From Desulfatiglandales bacterium (GTDB lineage: Bacteria; Desulfobacterota; DSM-4660; Desulfatiglandales; Desulfatiglandaceae): a DNA stretch of 64,000 bases. The position numbers and the translations under genes are program-made. Positions 60,448 to 64,000 of the stretch are shown one piece after another. Within the stretch, counting starts at the first letter, position 1; each line of letters starts with the position of its first letter. The stretch spans positions 2,016,001 to 2,080,000 of the forward strand of contig OY762721.1 of NCBI GenBank assembly GCA_963666345.1, read 5' to 3'. A model generated the notes under the pieces. It was given only the letters and a program-made list of their open reading frames with translations. It had not been told where the DNA came from and ran no database searches.

Positions 60448-61122
60448 ATGGAAAAAATGGACGCAAGGCTTTCAATTTGTTCGAAATCTTCAAGATATAT
60501 GGAAAAATACCCGGACCTGTCCTTCGGGCTGACTCTCATCAGGGGATGCGTTAACCATGAAAATCCCCCCGGATTTGATCAATATAAGAGGAAACTTTTG
60601 AGAAAGATGCGCAGGCGGGAGAACCTGAATGAAATCACGGAAAGGATTAACGCCTATGACAGCTTTTTCAGCAGTTTCGGGCACGCCTGCCCCCTTCCCC
60701 TTCACCTTAAAAGGACCATCAACAGCGGGTTTCCCAGATACAACCTCATGGTGGACGCCCATTTCATGGCCGAGATGTGCGCGGGCATACTTGTCGCGGT
60801 AACCGACTTTGACAGGTTCAACGGCAACCTTCTGCTGGATGTGGCCTCCGAAGGAGAACGGCTCGCCGCCATGGGCGGAAGAGAAATGACAACAAGGGAA
60901 AACGAGATCGTCCTGAGAGACGAAAAGGAGATTGTCTGTGTTCTCTGCCAGGGGGCGGATGAAAAGACAAGGGTTACGGATGACACCTCAAATGTCCTTT
61001 TCTACGGATATTCGGTTCCGGGGATTGAGCGCATGTTTCTTGAAAAAGGTCTTGCCATAGCAGCCGAGACAATGGCCGGTTTCGGGGGAGGTACGGTTGA
61101 GGGAATTGAGATAATACCCTGA
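60448..61122 (+). CDS. B3/B4 (PheRS beta editing-like) domain protein
   Basis: FPRYN.MVD, D.D, EIV..D, KTRV...T.NVL. Confidence 0.72.
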   Translation: MEKMDARLSICSKSSRYMEKYPDLSFGLTLIRGCVNHENPPGFDQYKRKLLRKMRRRENLNEITERINAYDSFFSSFGHACPLPLHLKRTINSGFPRYNLMVDAHFMAEMCAGILVAVTDFDRFNGNLLLDVASEGERLAAMGGREMTTRENEIVLRDEKEIVCVLCQGADEKTRVTDDTSNVLFYGYSVPGIERMFLEKGLAIAAETMAGFGGGTVEGIEIIP

Positions 61123-61496
61123 ATCACCGGGAATACGTCATCTGCCGCGTTGCCATCGCTCGCTCCTCGGCGCCCTGCATCTAACATATTCCCGGTGCCC
61201 AGGGATCAGTGGAAATGGGACAGGATTTCGAAGTAAAACCGCTGAAAAAACCAAACCTCAACCTTTGCGTAAGCAGTAAGAGCTTTCCTCTTGGGAAAAT
61301 CGCCATGGGGAAAAACATCCTGTTTTGTCAAGCGAAGCGGGCGGCAAAAAGATGGGGTTTGAGGATTAGAGGGGGGCCTTGGATTTTTTCTACAACAAAA
61401 CTGGAAGAAAAAAACTTGACAAAAACATTTTCATTGAATTAATAGTAGTTCTTTAGCTTTTATTAATTTATTTTAAACCGGGTATAATCTGAGATC

Positions 61497-61613
61497 ATGT
61501 TCTCAATCGCAAAAAATATTATAGTCATTATCAACGCGGCAGGGATACTTATATCCTTGTTGCTTCTCCTTGTTGGGGTCAAAATAAAACGACCGGGCCT
61601 GATAATGACATAG
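61497..61613 (+). CDS. Branched-chain amino acid attenuator leader peptide (38 aa)
   Basis: MFSIAKNIIVIINAAGILISLLLLLVGVKIKRPGLIMT; 19/38 Ile/Leu/Val. Confidence 0.82.
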   Translation: MFSIAKNIIVIINAAGILISLLLLLVGVKIKRPGLIMT

Positions 61614-61630
61614 TTACCGATAGAAACCAC

Positions 61631-61669
61631 AAAATCCGTTATCAGGCACCTGATAACGGATTTTTTTTT
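61631..61669 (+). terminator. Attenuator intrinsic terminator
   Basis: AAAATCCGTTATCAG-GCAC-CTGATAACGGA followed by T9. Confidence 0.88.
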
Positions 61670-61691
61670 GCAGTCAAAAGGAGAAATTCAG

Positions 61692-63278
61692 ATGCCGACG
61701 CAAGTCATCCTCTATGACACCACTTTACGGGACGGAACCCAGGGTGATCAGGTAACCCTTTCCGCGGAAGACAAGCTTCGAATCGTTCAAAAGCTGGATG
61801 ACACGGGCATACACTATATTGAGGGCGGATGGCCCGGATCAAATCCTAAGGACGCAAGGTTCTTTGAAATGGCCGGAAAGATTAATCTTAAAAATTCCCG
61901 GCTTACCGCCTTTGGAAGCACCAGGTTATGCAAAAGCAGCCCTGAAAAAGACAGGAACGTACAGGCGCTCCTCGAAACAGAGGTCGAAACACTCACCATT
62001 TTCGGCAAAAGCTGGGACCTGCACGCCTCCCAGATACTCGGGGTTGCGCTTTCGGAAAACCTGGACATGATTTATGAAACCGTAGATTACCTGAAAAAGG
62101 CAGGCAGGCGGGTGATCTATGACGCGGAACACTTCTTTGATGGGTATGGCAACAATCCTTCCTACGCGATAAAGACCCTTAAAGCGGCTGAGGAGGCCGG
62201 AGCCGATTATATCGTCCTGTGCGACACAAACGGCGGATCAATGCCCCGGGATATCAAGAAGATCCTTGAGGATGTCATGCCCATTTTAGAAGTCCCCACA
62301 GGGATACACACCCATGACGACTGCGGGCTGGCGCTTGCAAACAGTATCGCGGCCGTTGAATCCGGGGTCAAGATGGTACAGGGAACCATAAACGGCTACG
62401 GCGAAAGGTGCGGAAACGTTGATCTGCTGTCGGTAATCGGCAATCTGCAGCTCAAAATGGACTGCCTGTGCCTTCCCGGGGAAAGGCTGAAACAGCTGAC
62501 CGAGCTTTCACGTTTTGTAAGCGAGATAGCAAATATACCACCTGTCAACCAGCGTCCCTTTGTCGGGAAAAGCGCGTTTGCCCACAAGGGGGGGGTCCAT
62601 GTCAGCGCCATCCAGAAAAACGCGGCAGCCTATGAACACATGGACCCCGAGATTGTAGGAAACAGGAGAAGGGTAATTGTTTCGGACCTTTCCGGCAGAA
62701 GCAACATAGAGTACAAAGCCAACGAGCTGGGCATAAAACTGGGCGGAAACGGTTATGACAGCCAGAAGATAGTCAATGAGATCAAAAGGCTGGAAGATGA
62801 GGGTTTCCAGTTTGACGCGGCGGAGGGCTCCCTGGAGCTTCTGATAAAAAAGGTGACCGGACAGTACAAGGAACCCTTTACCCTTGAATCCTTCAGGGTA
62901 ACCACCGAAAAAAACGGATCGGGCGACAGCATGTGCCAGGCAACGATCAAGATCTCGGTGGGAGATGAAGAGGAGATAACGGCAGCCGAAGGTGACGGCC
63001 CCGTCAACGCGCTTGACAATGCACTGAGAAAGGCGCTTACAAAATTCTATCCCCAGATAATGGAAATGGGGCTTGTGGATTTCAAGGTCCGTGTCATAGA
63101 CGGAAGCGACGGTACTGCCGCCAAGGTAAGGGTGCAGATAGAATCAAGGGACTCGAAGGATATCTGGTCCACGATAGGTGTGTCTGAAAACGTTATTGAG
63201 GCAAGCTGGCAGGCGGTGGTGGACAGCATCAGGTACAAGCTTTCCAAGGAAACAGACGATGAAAACAGAGATGATTGA
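61692..63278 (+). CDS. cimA: Citramalate synthase
   Basis: YDTTLRDGTQ, IEGGWPGSNPKD, GERCGN, AFAHKGGVH. Confidence 0.92.
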   Translation: MPTQVILYDTTLRDGTQGDQVTLSAEDKLRIVQKLDDTGIHYIEGGWPGSNPKDARFFEMAGKINLKNSRLTAFGSTRLCKSSPEKDRNVQALLETEVETLTIFGKSWDLHASQILGVALSENLDMIYETVDYLKKAGRRVIYDAEHFFDGYGNNPSYAIKTLKAAEEAGADYIVLCDTNGGSMPRDIKKILEDVMPILEVPTGIHTHDDCGLALANSIAAVESGVKMVQGTINGYGERCGNVDLLSVIGNLQLKMDCLCLPGERLKQLTELSRFVSEIANIPPVNQRPFVGKSAFAHKGGVHVSAIQKNAAAYEHMDPEIVGNRRRVIVSDLSGRSNIEYKANELGIKLGGNGYDSQKIVNEIKRLEDEGFQFDAAEGSLELLIKKVTGQYKEPFTLESFRVTTEKNGSGDSMCQATIKISVGDEEEITAAEGDGPVNALDNALRKALTKFYPQIMEMGLVDFKVRVIDGSDGTAAKVRVQIESRDSKDIWSTIGVSENVIEASWQAVVDSIRYKLSKETDDENRDD

Positions 63279-63434
63279 AATCAAGGAGAATAACGCCGCA
63301 CGTTCCCGGGTTTTCGGGAATCTGCGGCGGGCCCTTATGGAATAACTATCCGGTCGGAAATCGAGTATTTCCGGATGAGCATCGGGTCGTTTTGCTTGAG
63401 AGGATTTTTTAATTTCATATCAGGAGGTTGTTCC

Positions 63435-64000
63435 ATGAAAGACAGGGTTATTATATTTGATACCACATTAAGGGATGGGGAGCAGTCACCCGGCGCCAGC
63501 ATGAATGAGGCTGAAAAGCTGCGTCTTGCCATGCAGCTTGAAAAGCTGGGCGCAGACGTTTTAGAGGCCGGTTTTCCCGCCGCCTCGGAGGGTGACTTCA
63601 AAGCGGTCAGACTGATCGCGGAAAAGATCAGGAACCTTCAGGTAACCGCCCTTGCAAGGGCGTCAAAATCGGATATCGACCTGGCGGGCAAGGCGATAGA
63701 AAACGCCGCCCACCCCAGGATACATACCTTTATCGCCACCTCGGACATACATCTCAAGCACAAACTCAAGATGAGCCGCCAGGAGGTGCTGAGTGCGGCG
63801 TTTGAATCGGTAAAACACGCCAGGGGCTACACCGATAACGTGGAGTTCTCAGCTGAAGACGGCTCACGCAGCGACAGGGATTTTCTCTGCTCGATATTCG
63901 AGACGGCCATAGATGCCGGGGCAACAACTGTCAACATCCCGGATACGGTCGGATACGCCATGCCTGACGAATTCGGAGAACTTGTTTCATATATCATAAA
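63435..64000 (+). CDS. leuA: 2-isopropylmalate synthase (runs off window)
   Basis: [23 protein letters not shown]...EAGFP...IHTFIATS...EFSAED; not in ORF track because truncated. Confidence 0.93.
   Translation, partial: MKDRVIIFDTTLRDGEQSPGASMNEAEKLRLAMQLEKLGADVLEAGFPAASEGDFKAVRLIAEKIRNLQVTALARASKSDIDLAGKAIENAAHPRIHTFIATSDIHLKHKLKMSRQEVLSAAFESVKHARGYTDNVEFSAEDGSRSDRDFLCSIFETAIDAGATTVNIPDTVGYAMPDEFGELVSYII

Noticed and set aside
63335..63601. Minus-strand 88-aa ORF and the many other antisense ORFs
   Set aside because: Shadows of well-supported genes on the opposite strand (here leuA)

Overview
Bacterial chromosomal window, probably a Desulfobacterota-like anaerobe (inferred from gene content). 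It contains (i) housekeeping and transport genes (GNATs, MscS, CLC channel, ABC pair, MFS); (ii) a ~38-kb MSHA-like type IV pilus locus (19-58 kb) with an embedded ~19-kb glycosylation island; and (iii) cimA-leuA behind a classical Ile/Leu/Val leader-peptide attenuator. Many intergenic gaps are patchworks of small repeats. The main observation is a nested mobile-element system centred on a dispersed ~9-bp repeat (GGTTCAAGG-like). An IS1111-type IS110 element sits in this repeat, and its 3' non-coding RNA visibly carries guides for the repeat and for its own circle junction. A 56-bp mini-element occurs six times, mostly at nearly the same site. One intact and three decayed four-helix-bundle genes lie beside the same repeat. 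Other highlights: a HUH/Y1 transposase bounded by perfect 29-bp inverted repeats that also occur as solo copies; a two-pilin polyprotein with an internal CFI-box-CTERM-like segment; an orphan pilin C-terminal cassette; and a membrane-anchored sigma-54 activator next to a sigma-54 pilA promoter. All functional calls come from motif recognition by eye, not database searches.
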